DNA of 35,382 nucleotides from Basidiobolus ranarum (Eukaryota): NCBI GenBank assembly GCA_040143965.1, contig JASJQH010000064.1, positions 1 to 35,382 of the forward strand, read 5' to 3'. Shown piece by piece: positions 24,601 to 35,382 of this stretch (position 1 is its first letter; each line of letters starts with the position of its first letter). The notes under the pieces were generated by a model. It saw only the letters and a program-made list of their open reading frames with translations, ran no database searches and was not told where the DNA came from. The position numbers and the translations under genes were made by a program.

Positions 24601-25747
24601 TCAAGGACAAGAAAAAGATATCATTATCTTTTCATGCGTAAGAGCTGGAAGTTGTAAGTACCCAAGTTTAACATTAGTAAAAGTTTGTGTCCGTTGAATA
24701 ACAGTTATTGCGTTAGCCAAAGGAATTGGTTTCTTAGCGGATATCAGAAGAATGAACGTAGGCCTTACAAGAGCTCGTTACTCCCTTTTCATTTTGGGAA
24801 ATTCAAAGTCGCTCCTCGACAACAAGTTTTGGAGGCCTCTTATTGAAGATGCTAAAGAAAGGAAACGATTTATTGATGTATTACAATATTTTCAATTATA
24901 CATGTTCGCGACCTAACGCTAATCACACCTTCCTCGTTGTTTCTAGTGCGATTTGCCCCTCTTTGGTAAATCTGTAAATAGAAGAATGCCCTCTAACCTA
25001 CTCCTCCCTGCAGAGGAACAGCCAGTTGAAAAAGATGTAGTGTATTATACGAAGAATGATGAGATTGAACCTATAAAAGATGCGAAAGTTACCACCGTAT
25101 CTATAGAAGAAGAAAAGAAGGATCAGTCGATAGACCAACATAGTGATAGTGGAAGTAGCCGAAAATCCCCTTCACCTTCATTGCCTTCGAAATACCAAGG
25201 CATATCTGGCATTAGAATTAGATCGAAAGAAAGGTCTTCTTCGGTTGAGAGCGATAAAGAAGGATCTAGCGTAAAAAGACCAGTACGATTGAATTTACTA
25301 AGCCATAATTACAATCTGAACCTTTGCTAATCTTTTCTATGCACATTAGCGAACTAACACGAGTATGCCGTCAGGTGTCAAACCTCCACCGCCGAAGAAG
25401 AGATCTACTGGCTTGTTCATACCTTCCAGCAAACCTCCCATTTCTAAGGTATATAATGGATTATTTTGTTATTATTTACTTCTTTATTAAAGCATCTTAA
25501 TATTGTAGAGACTACCTCGTAAGGATTTGGTGGATGAAAGTAGTATATCGGTTAAAGAGAGATTAGCACGCGCTCAGGTACTTTCCCCCATCATTTTGTA
25601 TCTCAAGTGAAGTACTAACATGTTGGTTCTACTCAGTTCCGACCACAAGTATCTAATCTGAACACCCTTCAAAAGAAGAATCGATCCAACTCTAAAGATG
25701 GCTCAGAAAACGTGCTTGACGATGTTCTTGATATGATGAAGAAGTAA
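18688..25747 (+). CDS. SEN1: Sen1/senataxin Upf1-like SF1B RNA/DNA helicase, multi-exon with one exon of about 3.6 kb (19054-22689)
   Basis: Long N-terminal helical region, then FEPLLLLECWQQL, LIQGPPGTGKTKT (spliced), ILVCAPSNAAVDEL, VIIDEAAQ, VGDPNQLPPTV, QYRMHPEI, IGIITPYKQQ, TVDGFQGQEKD and RRMNVGLTRAR. The last exon ends ...LDMMKK*. Confidence 0.95.
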
Positions 25748-26207
25748 CTCACAACTGATAAATATATAATATATCCGTGGATTCAAATCCTAGCAAAGCA
25801 TTGGTTTCTCTGCTTCACATGTATTTTACATGCTATGCATCAATTGTTAAATATAGATTTTTGTCATTTCATAATACGAGAAAATTCAACACTTTATGGG
25901 TTTCGTAGAATTCGATCTTACTGTCGACTAGCTGACATGTTCGTAAAGACTCTAATAAAATATGGAAACTCAGCAATAATTTAATTACTAAAGAAAACAT
26001 TATAAAAATAGCAAATTAGAGTAGACTTTGAGTGTGAAACATCGACATCATCGAAAGTACAATCCGATCGGAAAATCAACATTCAGAGTAAACGTTGATA
26101 GGGAAACTGAGAATCCAAATTTCTTCGCTCAACAAACGCTATATAAAGCTGATCTATAAAATAACTCGTGTGGTATATTTAGTCTGTTAACAAATGAACC
26201 GGTAAAC

Positions 26208-27190
26208 TTAAGCAGCAAGCATTGGCTCAGCTTTCTTGGCCACTTTGGACTTGACTCTGACAGGTTCTGGCATTTCCTCTTCTTCCTCGACTTCTATTGT
26301 AATAGGATTAGAAAGATATGACAACCAGATTCTAGTTTTTCGTGCATACCTTCTTCAACTGGAAGCTTCTCGGGCAGTTTAGCTTCGGGAACCTTGGGCA
26401 GCACTTCCATTCTCTCCTCAATCTGAAAAAAATTGTATGTAGAAAATCAGATACCTTCATAGGAGTTTGCATTAAATATTTGTATACCTCTTGCTTTTCA
26501 ATTTCATCCAATTGACGCAAAATATCTTCTTCGTCCTCTTCAGTTATCTTGCCGCTCAATAGTTCCTCAATTTCCTATATGATCGAATGTTGGTTGTGAT
26601 AAATGCGAGTGTTTGGACAACAGCTAAAGTAGAACTAACATTTTGATAAGCAATAGCATCTGCAGTCTCATCCATAAGTTTTTCAACCGCATCAATAGAC
26701 ATTTCTGAATGAATTTCTTTAAGCACTTCATTTCCAGAACTCAAGCCAGCTAGAACCTCCTTTTCAACCAAAGCAAATTCAATAGAGCTGACCTAAAAAG
26801 AAAGAAAAATTAAATCAAACCAAACAATGAGTTGTCACCAAGAAGTTCTCAAAAACCAACCAATTCTTCAAGATTAAGTAATTGTCCATCTGTTTTCTCC
26901 AGTAACTGTTCTTGGTACTTCTTTTTTTTAAGAGCTAATAAAGCACGTCGCTTATTGCCAAGTTGTAGTTGCTGTTTGGCGATTTCTACTTCACGTTCCA
27001 AAACTGTTTGAATCTAACATAAGTAAAAGAGCTGAGTTTATTCAACCACTCAAAAAGAAGGTCTTATAGAAACTAAGTAACCCACTTTTCTCTGATAAAG
27101 TTTCAATTTGTCACGTTGAACTTTAATGTCCAAAATTGCTCTATCTTGACTTGTTATTTTGCGCTTTTGCTTTCCCTGAGAATTTCCCAT
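26208..27190 (-). CDS. VPS20: ESCRT-III subunit Vps20/CHMP6, 6 exons
   Basis: MGNSQG (myristoylation-type start), ITSQDRAILDIKVQRDKLKLYQKK, ALLALKKKKYQEQLL, SIEFALVEKEVLAGL, VEKLMDETADAIAYQ and MIM2-like LPKVP. It ends EPMLAA*. Confidence 0.94.
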
Positions 27191-27806
27191 GCTTAGAAAG
27201 GTTCCTATTGAATCACGTTTAACACAGAAAAGTTCACGGGAAAAGGATAACTTGAGAGGAATTCAGGAATTATCTATTAAATATATGCATGTATCAGTCA
27301 TCAAAATTTCCATAAAGCTCTACCAACCAAAGTATGAGGGAGTGGCAATATCCTTGGATTTGGATCAAGTGTGTATCAACTCTACCGTATATGACAATTG
27401 AGGATTGAGAATGTGGCGAGATCAAGTTCGCCTGATAAATCACGATCCATTACTGACAATCATTCACACCACACATTTCAAGAAATCACATGTCCCACCC
27501 ATTCCATCTTCAGATTCCGATAATTATTGATTCACTACCGCCCTACGTCCTCATTCATGTTGCGAATCAAATAAAATCATCAGGACTGTTGAGTTTGTGA
27601 CGGGTTAAGAAATAAGGAAGTATAAGATTGGCTGACACATATTACGAGGATTCCATAACCTCACTCGTCACTGTCATTTACAAGGATATTTCGATCTTTC
27701 TTGAAATAGACACAAGAGCCCTCATAAACACATCATTCTTATCCTTCGAACTAAACCAGAGTCTCCCTAACCATACGAGTTTCTATATCAAGTCCAGAGC
27801 TACACT

Positions 27807-30044
27807 ATGAAATTCGCCAAGCAACTTGCTCTACGCTCCATCCCTACCTGGGCTATCTACTATGTTGACTACAAACAGTTAAAAAAGTTTATCAAAGAGT
27901 CTGAGATCCCTTATGAAGGTATTCACTTGTCTATTTCAATACTTCTACAACCAATGTTTCCAGTCATATGTTTACTTGGCTCTTCTTTCGTCTTTATATC
28001 CCGTATCTAGAGGATGGCAAAGACTCTGCTGAACTAAAAAAGATTACTCATGATTTCAAGGCGCTTGTTAACACGGAGCTTGATAAAGTAGAGGAAAGGT
28101 ATTTAGCTATGGAGAAAGAATCAAGTGACAAACTAAACCTCTTGAAAACCAAGGCAGGTGATTCCGAAAAATAATTGACTTTGAATTCCTGAGTTTCTGG
28201 TTGGTTGTTGTTGTACTAACTATTTGGATATTCTAGTGGCGTCCGGACCTTTCTCCCGAAGAGCAAGATAAATGGTTTGTTACTATCCTGAATATCTCTA
28301 TTACATCATATCGCTAATAAGAAATATTCTCTACATAAGGATGAAGGACTTTACCAAGCTTCTACAAACACTGGAGTATTTGTCAGGTCAACTCTTTTTG
28401 CTGAAAATCCATCCTTCACAATCGATCCTAACCATTGATGTTTCTTTGTTGATTAGAGTTTACCCAAACAAACATTGTAGGATTCCAAAAGATCTTGAAA
28501 AAGTTCGATAAGCATTTTAATGTGACTTGGGGTAAAGATTTTTGGCCAGAGATCACAACCAAGAAGTTTGCCAACTCCGAGAAAGAAGAGAACCTGTTGC
28601 ATGAAGCTAGACAGGTACGAGTTACTTGAGCTGAGAATCAGTGGTTCCTATTCTTATGCTATCAATGTACACAGGTATGGCGTAAGAGAGTTCCAGTAGC
28701 CCCGCTCGAACCCAAGAGAAATCTTGATGTGGTTAACTCTGAAATTCCCACTGTCTCTGCATTGGACCTTCAATCTTTAGCTAGTGGTCAGGTACACCGC
28801 TTTTGGGTGGTTCTTTCAGAAGATGGGCTAAACCTTCCTATCAAAGTCCCAGTAATTATCGCGAAGGTATCTTGGCCATATTTATTCCAGAATTCACAAA
28901 TATTGGAATCCTGATGTTCTTCATGTAGGGTGTTAAACCTGGTCCTACCCTAGGGATCACTGCTGCACTCCATGGAAACGAGTTGAACGGCATTCCACTA
29001 ATCCACAGGCTATTCCGTGAAGTCGCGTGTGATGCATTACATGGAATTGTAGTGGCTGTACCTGTTGCAAATGCCCCTGGATATCTGAGAAGCCAAAGAA
29101 CATTCAGTGATGGCACTGATCTGAACAGATTAATGCCAGGGTATGTTCTCACCTTTTGTGATCACAGATGATGAAAGATTAAGATTGGTTATTGTAGAAA
29201 GAAAAACGGTTCTACGTCCCAAGTGTATGCTTACAATCTTATGGAGCGGGTTGTATCTCACTTTGACTATTTATTGGATTTACATACCGCAAGTAAAGGC
29301 CGTGTAAATTCACTGTATGTCCGTGCCAACATGACACACATTCACACCCAACGTATGGCGACTCTTCAGAATCCTCAGGTTAGTAGGGTGTTTACTTCAT
29401 CCAACAAGCCATAACTGTTCCTTACCATGTCTGTTTAAGATTATTGTCCATAATACAAGCCCCGATGGTTCACTCCGTGGTGCAGCTATGGAAAGAGGAA
29501 TCCCAGCCATCACTGGTTAGTCCTCTTTGACAGAGTTCTTGATAGCATTTTTCTAAAGCTAACATTCAAATCGAATCGCATTGTAGTTGAAATCGGGGAT
29601 CCTTCTCGTTTCCAAAAACGCTTCGTCAAGAACGCTCTACTAGGGGTCACCAATATCATATCTCATCTTCAAATGGTCGAGGATGAGCCAGATCACCCTG
29701 AATACGATCCTGTAGTATGCTCGAAAAGTGTTAGTAAACCCGTCCCATATAATGATTCTCTCAAGCCTGTGTATAACTATTTGCCCCTTTAGTATTGGAT
29801 CTTTGCTCCTTCTGGAGGAATCCTTTCAGTGCTTCCAGACGTCAACACCTGGGTAAAGAGAAACGAGCCAATTGCCTATCTTCATAATATTTTTGGTGAC
29901 TTGGAGGCCACCTATTATGCTCCGGAAGACGGAATTGTCATTGGAAAGAATGTGGATCCTGTGTGTCAATCTGGCAATCGGATTTTACATTTGGGTGTTG
30001 TGGATAGCACTTTCCCTGAATACGTAAATGATGGACATTTATAA
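27807..30044 (+). CDS. SPX domain fused to a succinylglutamate desuccinylase/aspartoacylase (AstE/AspA, M14) metallo-deacylase, about 517 aa; exons 27807-27918, 28011-28153, 28237-28274, 28340-28386, 28457-28614, 28675-28866, 28929-29140, 29198-29378, 29440-29515, 29587-29729, 29793-30044
   Basis: SPX motifs: MKFAKQL...W..YYVDYKQLKKFIK, ELDKVEERY and NIVGFQKILKKFDK. M14 motifs: GPTLGITAALHGNELNG, DLNRLMPG, LLDLHTAS, ITVEIG and the C-terminal barrel APSGGIL...NIFG...APEDGIVIG. The exons sum to 1554 nt in one open frame. Confidence 0.88.
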
Positions 30045-30410
30045 AATAACGATGTTAATGCATGGGAATGTCCATGTCTTTATCAACCAAGGAGTTTCAG
30101 ACAGTATTGTATCGTGAAATCAGCCTACATTACATAAAATTAATCCGATTAACATGAGCATTCATTTCGAGTGATGTATATAATAGCATAGTGTGGGTTA
30201 GGGATCTACTAAGAACCATCTAAACTATAGAAATCACGACCAAAGCCACCCAACATCCATCAGGTATAGTTAACGCATTAGATACAAGCAAATGACTCTT
30301 TCGTTACTCTACACTCCACTGCGTCTCTTTTCTACATACTTGGTAATATTGATCTAGCAACCAACTATATTTGAAACCAGCTCTGCTCTTTCCAATAAAC
30401 TGTCGATTTG

Positions 30411-30419
30411 GTCACGTGA
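30411..30419. promoter_or_regulatory. GTCACGTGA E-box (Cbf1/CDEI-type bHLH site) about 210 bp upstream of DPH3
   Basis: Exact RTCACGTG match in the intergenic region. A single site, function unproven. Confidence 0.3.
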
Positions 30420-30628
30420 ATGTATCATTTTTGGTTTTTTTGTACTGCACCGCAGCTATGGAGTTTCTTTCTTTTTTTTCAAGTTGAATAGTGAAAGCTT
30501 GTCTCGTTTCACATAGAGACAAAATATATCGATAGCGTCCTGTACCAGTTATTGTATAATACTTTGAACATTTGTGAAACGAAAAGACTCTCCAGCAACA
30601 GTAGGAAACTTTTGTAATAGTTCTTAAA

Positions 30629-30924
30629 ATGACCTCTTTTTACGATGAAGTAGAGATTGAAGATATGGAATTTGACGAGGAAAACGAAATCTATCACTAT
30701 CCTTGTCCCTGTGGAGATCGTTTCGAAATCACACTAGAGGAGCTCTATGATGGTGAAGAGATTGCTCGTTGTCCAAGTTGCTCGTTGATCATTCGAGTAA
30801 TTTATGAACCGGTATATAATAGATTTATATAGAAAAAGAATATTTTGTCAATTTGATACTAACGAACCCTTGTTTTCAGGAGGACTTTGAACGAGAAGAC
30901 GAAGAAAGTACGGTGCAGTTATAA
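30629..30924 (+). CDS. DPH3: Diphthamide biosynthesis protein 3 / Kti11 (CSL zinc ribbon); exons 30629-30811 and 30880-30924
   Basis: [23 protein letters not shown] and [14 protein letters not shown]. The intron has a TACTAAC branch point. Confidence 0.95.
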
Positions 30925-31622
30925 ACTTTACCTTCAAGATATCTCTAACTCGACTCGCAAAGCATACCTTCCCTTCCTTCCATACACCTCGTCCTCGCAT
31001 ATTTACGTATATTATTAGAACTACTCAATTTATTGACGAATAGATATTGAATGTCTGTTTATCATTCCTAACTCCACTGGTCGAAATAAATGACTTTCTC
31101 TTGACTATGCTCCGATGAAATTTAGCGTCCAAGACTATATGTCATTCGATCATGATCCACTAGTAATCAGGAATGGCTTACAAGTAGACCATCTAAATAA
31201 TAGTGAAGATGGCGAATGGAATCTTTCTGAAGAGGCTCAAAGTTGCAAAATGTAACGGAAATTGGATATGCGAGTTAGTTCTTAATTTGAACCAATAAAG
31301 TATTTGTAATACTAATGACAAGTAACACGAGACTTGGTTGAGCTCAGGCAGCTACTAGTACAATAGACATTTATACACATTAGATGAGCATTACCTCATC
31401 TGGTCCTACATCCTTGTTCATGTTAGTGTAATACTAGTATTTACCTGGAATTATTTTAAGATAGCCCAGACTGTAACATTCAATTATCTTTGCAAGTATT
31501 TTACTAAGAATAAGAGTTATACAACAGAACCTGATTTCTTTATTCATTATCATTGTTACCGCTATACTTTTTATCTTCAAAGCCCTTTCCTTTACTTTTC
31601 TTCCTTCGTTAATACCCACATC

Positions 31623-33090
31623 ATGGCCAGAAGCTTAAGCACCCGAAGAAGGAACCAACCAACTCCTTTTAATATCATGGTTGTTGGAAACACCGGGTTG
31701 GGAAAAACCACTTTTATAGATACTTGCATAAAATCATTGGAATTGGATGGACAATATATCAATAACAGAGATAAAATCGATTCACCTTTATACGATAGTA
31801 CCAAAGATATCATCACCAGAAAAGTCACCACTACCAACCAAGGGCTCAGACTGGCACTGAATTTTCTAGATACCCCTGGATTGGTGGCTAATGGTACCTT
31901 AAATGCTCAGTATGAACTTATCTTAGATTATATAAAAAGTTTGTTGTTTCTTAGATTGCAAGAGGTCATTTTTCAAATATTATCCTTTCTTTTGAGTAGC
32001 TACTTACCAGGCAGATATTTTCGTTTGTTAGGAAACAAGACTGAAACGAAGTACGAGACCTAAAGAAGAGCAAGTTCATGTATGCTTATTTTTCGTTCAA
32101 CCTAATAAGGTACGAGTATCGGAAACGGAATTAACTTTCGCAAAAAGCCTTTCAAGATATGTGAATATAATTCCAGTCATTGGTAAAGCAGATACTTGCA
32201 CTGTTTCAGAACTTAGACAAGTGAAATCGGTGGTTCAAAGAGATTTTAGAAACAACGACATTCCCATATTTGATTTTCCAGATGAAGAAGAGGAGGAGGA
32301 GGAAAAATATCACCAGAACCAAGAGTTGAGACTTTTACTACCATTTGCTTTGGTTTCAAGTGAAGAAATCAGACCAAAGGGTCCGGAAGGTACTAATGTC
32401 CTCGGACGAGAATATAGTTGGGGAGTGGTGGAATGCTTTAACCCAAACCATAGTGATATGGCTTATCTGAAACGTGCTTTACTCGAAACTCATCTTCATA
32501 TTTTGAAAGAACTCACCTATCTGCGACTGTATGAAGATTACCGTACAGAACAATTATTAAATGATTTAAAGCATAAATCTATCGAATATTCGAGGGAAAG
32601 AGACGTTCGAAGTTCGAAGAAAATTCAAGCTAAGCCACTAGATGGGGAGATTATAGAGTCGAAGTTGGACGCTTCTTTTGATAGCGGGTTTTCGTGGGAT
32701 AGCACATCGCAAAATATCAATCCAGAATCATTCCATCATGTAGATACATCAGTTTTGCCAGATATTTGCCAATTAACCAATCAACCACATGAATCCCATC
32801 AATCTTCGCCTAGCTGTTGCACTGATCTGTTGAAGTCATATGGCACCTCAAGCTCCAAATCGAAATCCTTGTTACATCACAATAATGATCCACCCACACA
32901 TCTCGAAAAATCCAATCAAGTTGGCCAAGGAAGGCACAAGTCACTTCCTGTTCTAACTTTCAAAATCCCCGAGAGCTTGCCAACCGATCAAGAAGAGCCG
33001 GTTCGACCTGGAGCCAAAAATGAGCCCGCATTAAATCCTCAAAAGATTAAAAGAAATGCCAAGCGTCGCATCTCTAATTGTGTTATGTAA
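31623..33090 (+). CDS. Septin-family GTPase (divergent), about 466 aa; exons 31623-31964 and 32032-33090
   Basis: G1 FNIMVVGNTGLGKTTFI, G3 LDTPG, VHVCLFF, G4 NIIPVIGKADT, LPFALV, and septin-unique element GREYSWGVVECFNPNHSD...YEDYRTEQL. Confidence 0.9.
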
Positions 33091-33338
33091 GTGTTTCGAC
33101 CTAGCCTAAGATATTCAGAATTATTAATAACTTTCATTATAGCAACTAAACCTTTGCGCACCATCTCTCTATCCTATCGCATGCGGACCTCATTGTTTTA
33201 ATAATCGTCTGCCATTATACTTCTACCTAGAAATAGTTCATTTTAGTTTATTTCCTTTCGTTTTTATGAACAAGAACTGAATAACTTCAAAATTTCAATA
33301 TAAACTTGGACATACGGTTGGTTCAAGCATTAGGATAT

Positions 33339-34544
33339 TCAATACATTTGTTCGCATTCCAAGCGTATCTTGATCTTCGGATTGTCTTGAAGGATTTTCC
33401 TAATGTTCTCCTCATGAATCAATTCGCTTTTTTCAAATTTAGAATAGAATCCAAAGATGTAATCGCTTGTATAGGTTTGTCTATACAATGTAAGCACCTT
33501 CAATTGCTCACAGTTCTTGACCAAGCCCTTGATAAATTCGATGGAAACGTTTTCGGGAATAGCATGGATAGTGAGATGTGTAAGCTTGGTAAACTGCTGG
33601 AAGGTTTTTACAATAGATCCAATTTCTCGTTTGTTAAGGTTGATTTGTGGAAATGAGCAAGTAAACGTGTGAAGTTTCAGCAATTTACTAGACAGTAAAT
33701 TCAATATATCGTCATTGAGTGGGCAAGCACGACAAAATGCTACGTCAAGTCGTTCCAAGTCACGGTTTAGGCCTTGAGTTATGTATCCAAGACCATTTGG
33801 TGTAATAAGATTACATTCCCGAATGGTCAAAGACTTTAGTCGACAACAGTACATGGAGATGGATTGTACTGCTTTATCTGATAAGTTACAATTCCCAGTA
33901 AGGTCAAGTTCAAATATATTTCCTTTACCAAACTTGGCGACTGCATGTATACAATTATCTGTAAGACTTGGACAATGAGCAATCTCGAGCTTTTGGAGAT
34001 CATCACACAAGTACACCATTTGAGATAAAGTACCCTCATTTAGTCCTGCACTTCCACTTACAGAAATCTGTCGGAGATTAGGGAATATACGACCTAGTAA
34101 CATAAACCCGTTAGCCCCAATATTTTTGGAGTTCGTTAGGTCGATGTATCTAATGGAAATGCATTGAAACTTGACTCGTTTAAGAGAAGTAAAGGTAAGT
34201 ATATTGCTATCAGCAACGTGTAATTCTTCCATTTTAGAGCATTTAGTTGTTATTGTATTCAACCAGTCTTCCGGAATATCATCATACATGCTTTCTTCAA
34301 GTCTATCTAAATCGATAATTCGAACGTAATCTGCAACTTCTGGACGACAAGTTACCAAGCATTGTAAGAACTTTTGAAAGGATTGAATACGAGTAAAAAA
34401 ACGACCTCCAAAACGAGGTTTTTTCCACAGTAATGGCAAAACAATTTCTTCCCATTCCTTACACACTAGAGAACAAGTCAATAGTTGGCCTTGCTCTACA
34501 TAAGCGAATATCCTTTCTAATAAGATTCTGGGGAACACGGTCAT
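33339..34544 (-). CDS. F-box / leucine-rich repeat (FBXL, cysteine-containing LRR) protein, intronless, 401 aa
   Basis: N-terminal F-box FPRILLERIFAYV...CSLVCKEWEEIVLPLLW, and repeats such as LEIAHCPSLTDNCI, LDLTGNCNLSDKAV and LTIRECNLITPNGL. Confidence 0.9.
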   Translation of the reverse strand: MTVFPRILLERIFAYVEQGQLLTCSLVCKEWEEIVLPLLWKKPRFGGRFFTRIQSFQKFLQCLVTCRPEVADYVRIIDLDRLEESMYDDIPEDWLNTITTKCSKMEELHVADSNILTFTSLKRVKFQCISIRYIDLTNSKNIGANGFMLLGRIFPNLRQISVSGSAGLNEGTLSQMVYLCDDLQKLEIAHCPSLTDNCIHAVAKFGKGNIFELDLTGNCNLSDKAVQSISMYCCRLKSLTIRECNLITPNGLGYITQGLNRDLERLDVAFCRACPLNDDILNLLSSKLLKLHTFTCSFPQINLNKREIGSIVKTFQQFTKLTHLTIHAIPENVSIEFIKGLVKNCEQLKVLTLYRQTYTSDYIFGFYSKFEKSELIHEENIRKILQDNPKIKIRLECEQMY

Positions 34545-34948
34545 AGAAAATCAGGTGTAAAGGGTTTGAAAGAGGGACTAAGGTTAGGTTTTCAATATTC
34601 ACTTTCATTCTAGTTATATCGAATCTTGTAATTCAAAAGGGAAATAGCATAGCCGTTTGAATATTTGAATTGGTAGCATAGGAATTCGAAATATTCGTTT
34701 GTGCAAATTAATTTATACAAACAAGATAATGGTGAGAATCAAATGTTCCTAAAAGCCATCCATCCAGATTGTATCATGCACCGTCGATTTATGGAAGTGA
34801 ATATTCGCATGCACCAACAAGCTCCTTTACAAGCAGTTAATTCTAAGCCCCCAATCTCAGCATAGATTTAATCTACAATTAATCCAACATTGATGGATCG
34901 CGTCTATCAACAGGAAGAAGTCACCTTTTCAACAACCACCATATCTCC

Positions 34949-35019
34949 AAATAAATGCGCAGTCCATCAAGTCTAAATCTAAGCATCTAAATAAATACGC
35001 AGCTGATCAAACCTAAATC
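34949..35019. repeat. Imperfect 31-bp direct repeat, 40-bp period
   Basis: AAATAAATGCGCAGTCCATCAAGTCTAAATC (34949-34979) versus AAATAAATACGCAGCTGATCAAACCTAAATC (34989-35019). Confidence 0.65.
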
Positions 35020-35382
35020 GGTGCTTTTACTCATGAAATAACACGTAGCAGTTAGTGCCGCAGTAAAATGCTATTTGGAATGCACCAAAGAATGCACCTA
35101 CTAATCCGTCACAAAACAACAGGTCACGTATGATATCAGTATTGGCGGTGTCTCCCGGTAATAAAGGATTGAATTGTACCGAATAGCAAATTGCACAATG
35201 TGAAGTTGGAATGATTCATTAGACATTCGTTAGATATCCATTAGGCTTACGCTTCATCAGGTGAGAATGATTGTTTAACTCACATGATGCTCTAAAGTAG
35301 GTGCAAGCACAGATAATTGGCATTACATGACACTGTTGTTATATTACATAACCATATTATACTACATGCCGAATATTACATA

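Noticed and set aside
27214-27219. CACGTT as a Pho4-type site for the SPX fusion gene
   Set aside because: It is a single 6-mer, expected by chance, and sits right beside the VPS20 start rather than the SPX gene.
27807-28630. SPX region and deacylase as two separate genes
   Set aside because: There is no ATG or promoter space for the downstream half, and a normal-sized GT-AG intron joins the two in frame.
30629-34544. DPH3, septin and F-box genes as a functional cluster with the SPX fusion
   Set aside because: They have unrelated housekeeping functions, and adjacency in a compact eukaryotic genome is not evidence of co-function.

Overview
Eukaryotic, AT-rich, gene-dense DNA with many short (about 55-85 nt) spliceosomal introns. 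Gene content suggests an early-diverging (non-Dikarya) fungus; this is an inference. In order, the window holds: the 3' end of a LEO1-like gene, intronless Cu/Zn SOD1, an alpha/beta hydrolase, Sec1/Munc18 (-), three small intronless RING-H2 genes, ALKBH7 (-), a proteinase-K-type subtilisin with a hydrophobic C-tail, a Spindly-like dynein adaptor, TMEM14 (-, missed by the ORF track), Sen1/senataxin, Vps20 (-), an 11-exon SPX + AstE/AspA (M14 metallo-deacylase) fusion gene, Dph3, a divergent septin and an F-box/LRR gene (-). The SPX-deacylase fusion is the most notable item because I know of no characterised protein with this architecture. I recognised no tRNA, rRNA, CRISPR array or transposon. 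All exon structures were reconstructed by eye, and family calls rest on motif recognition, not database searches.
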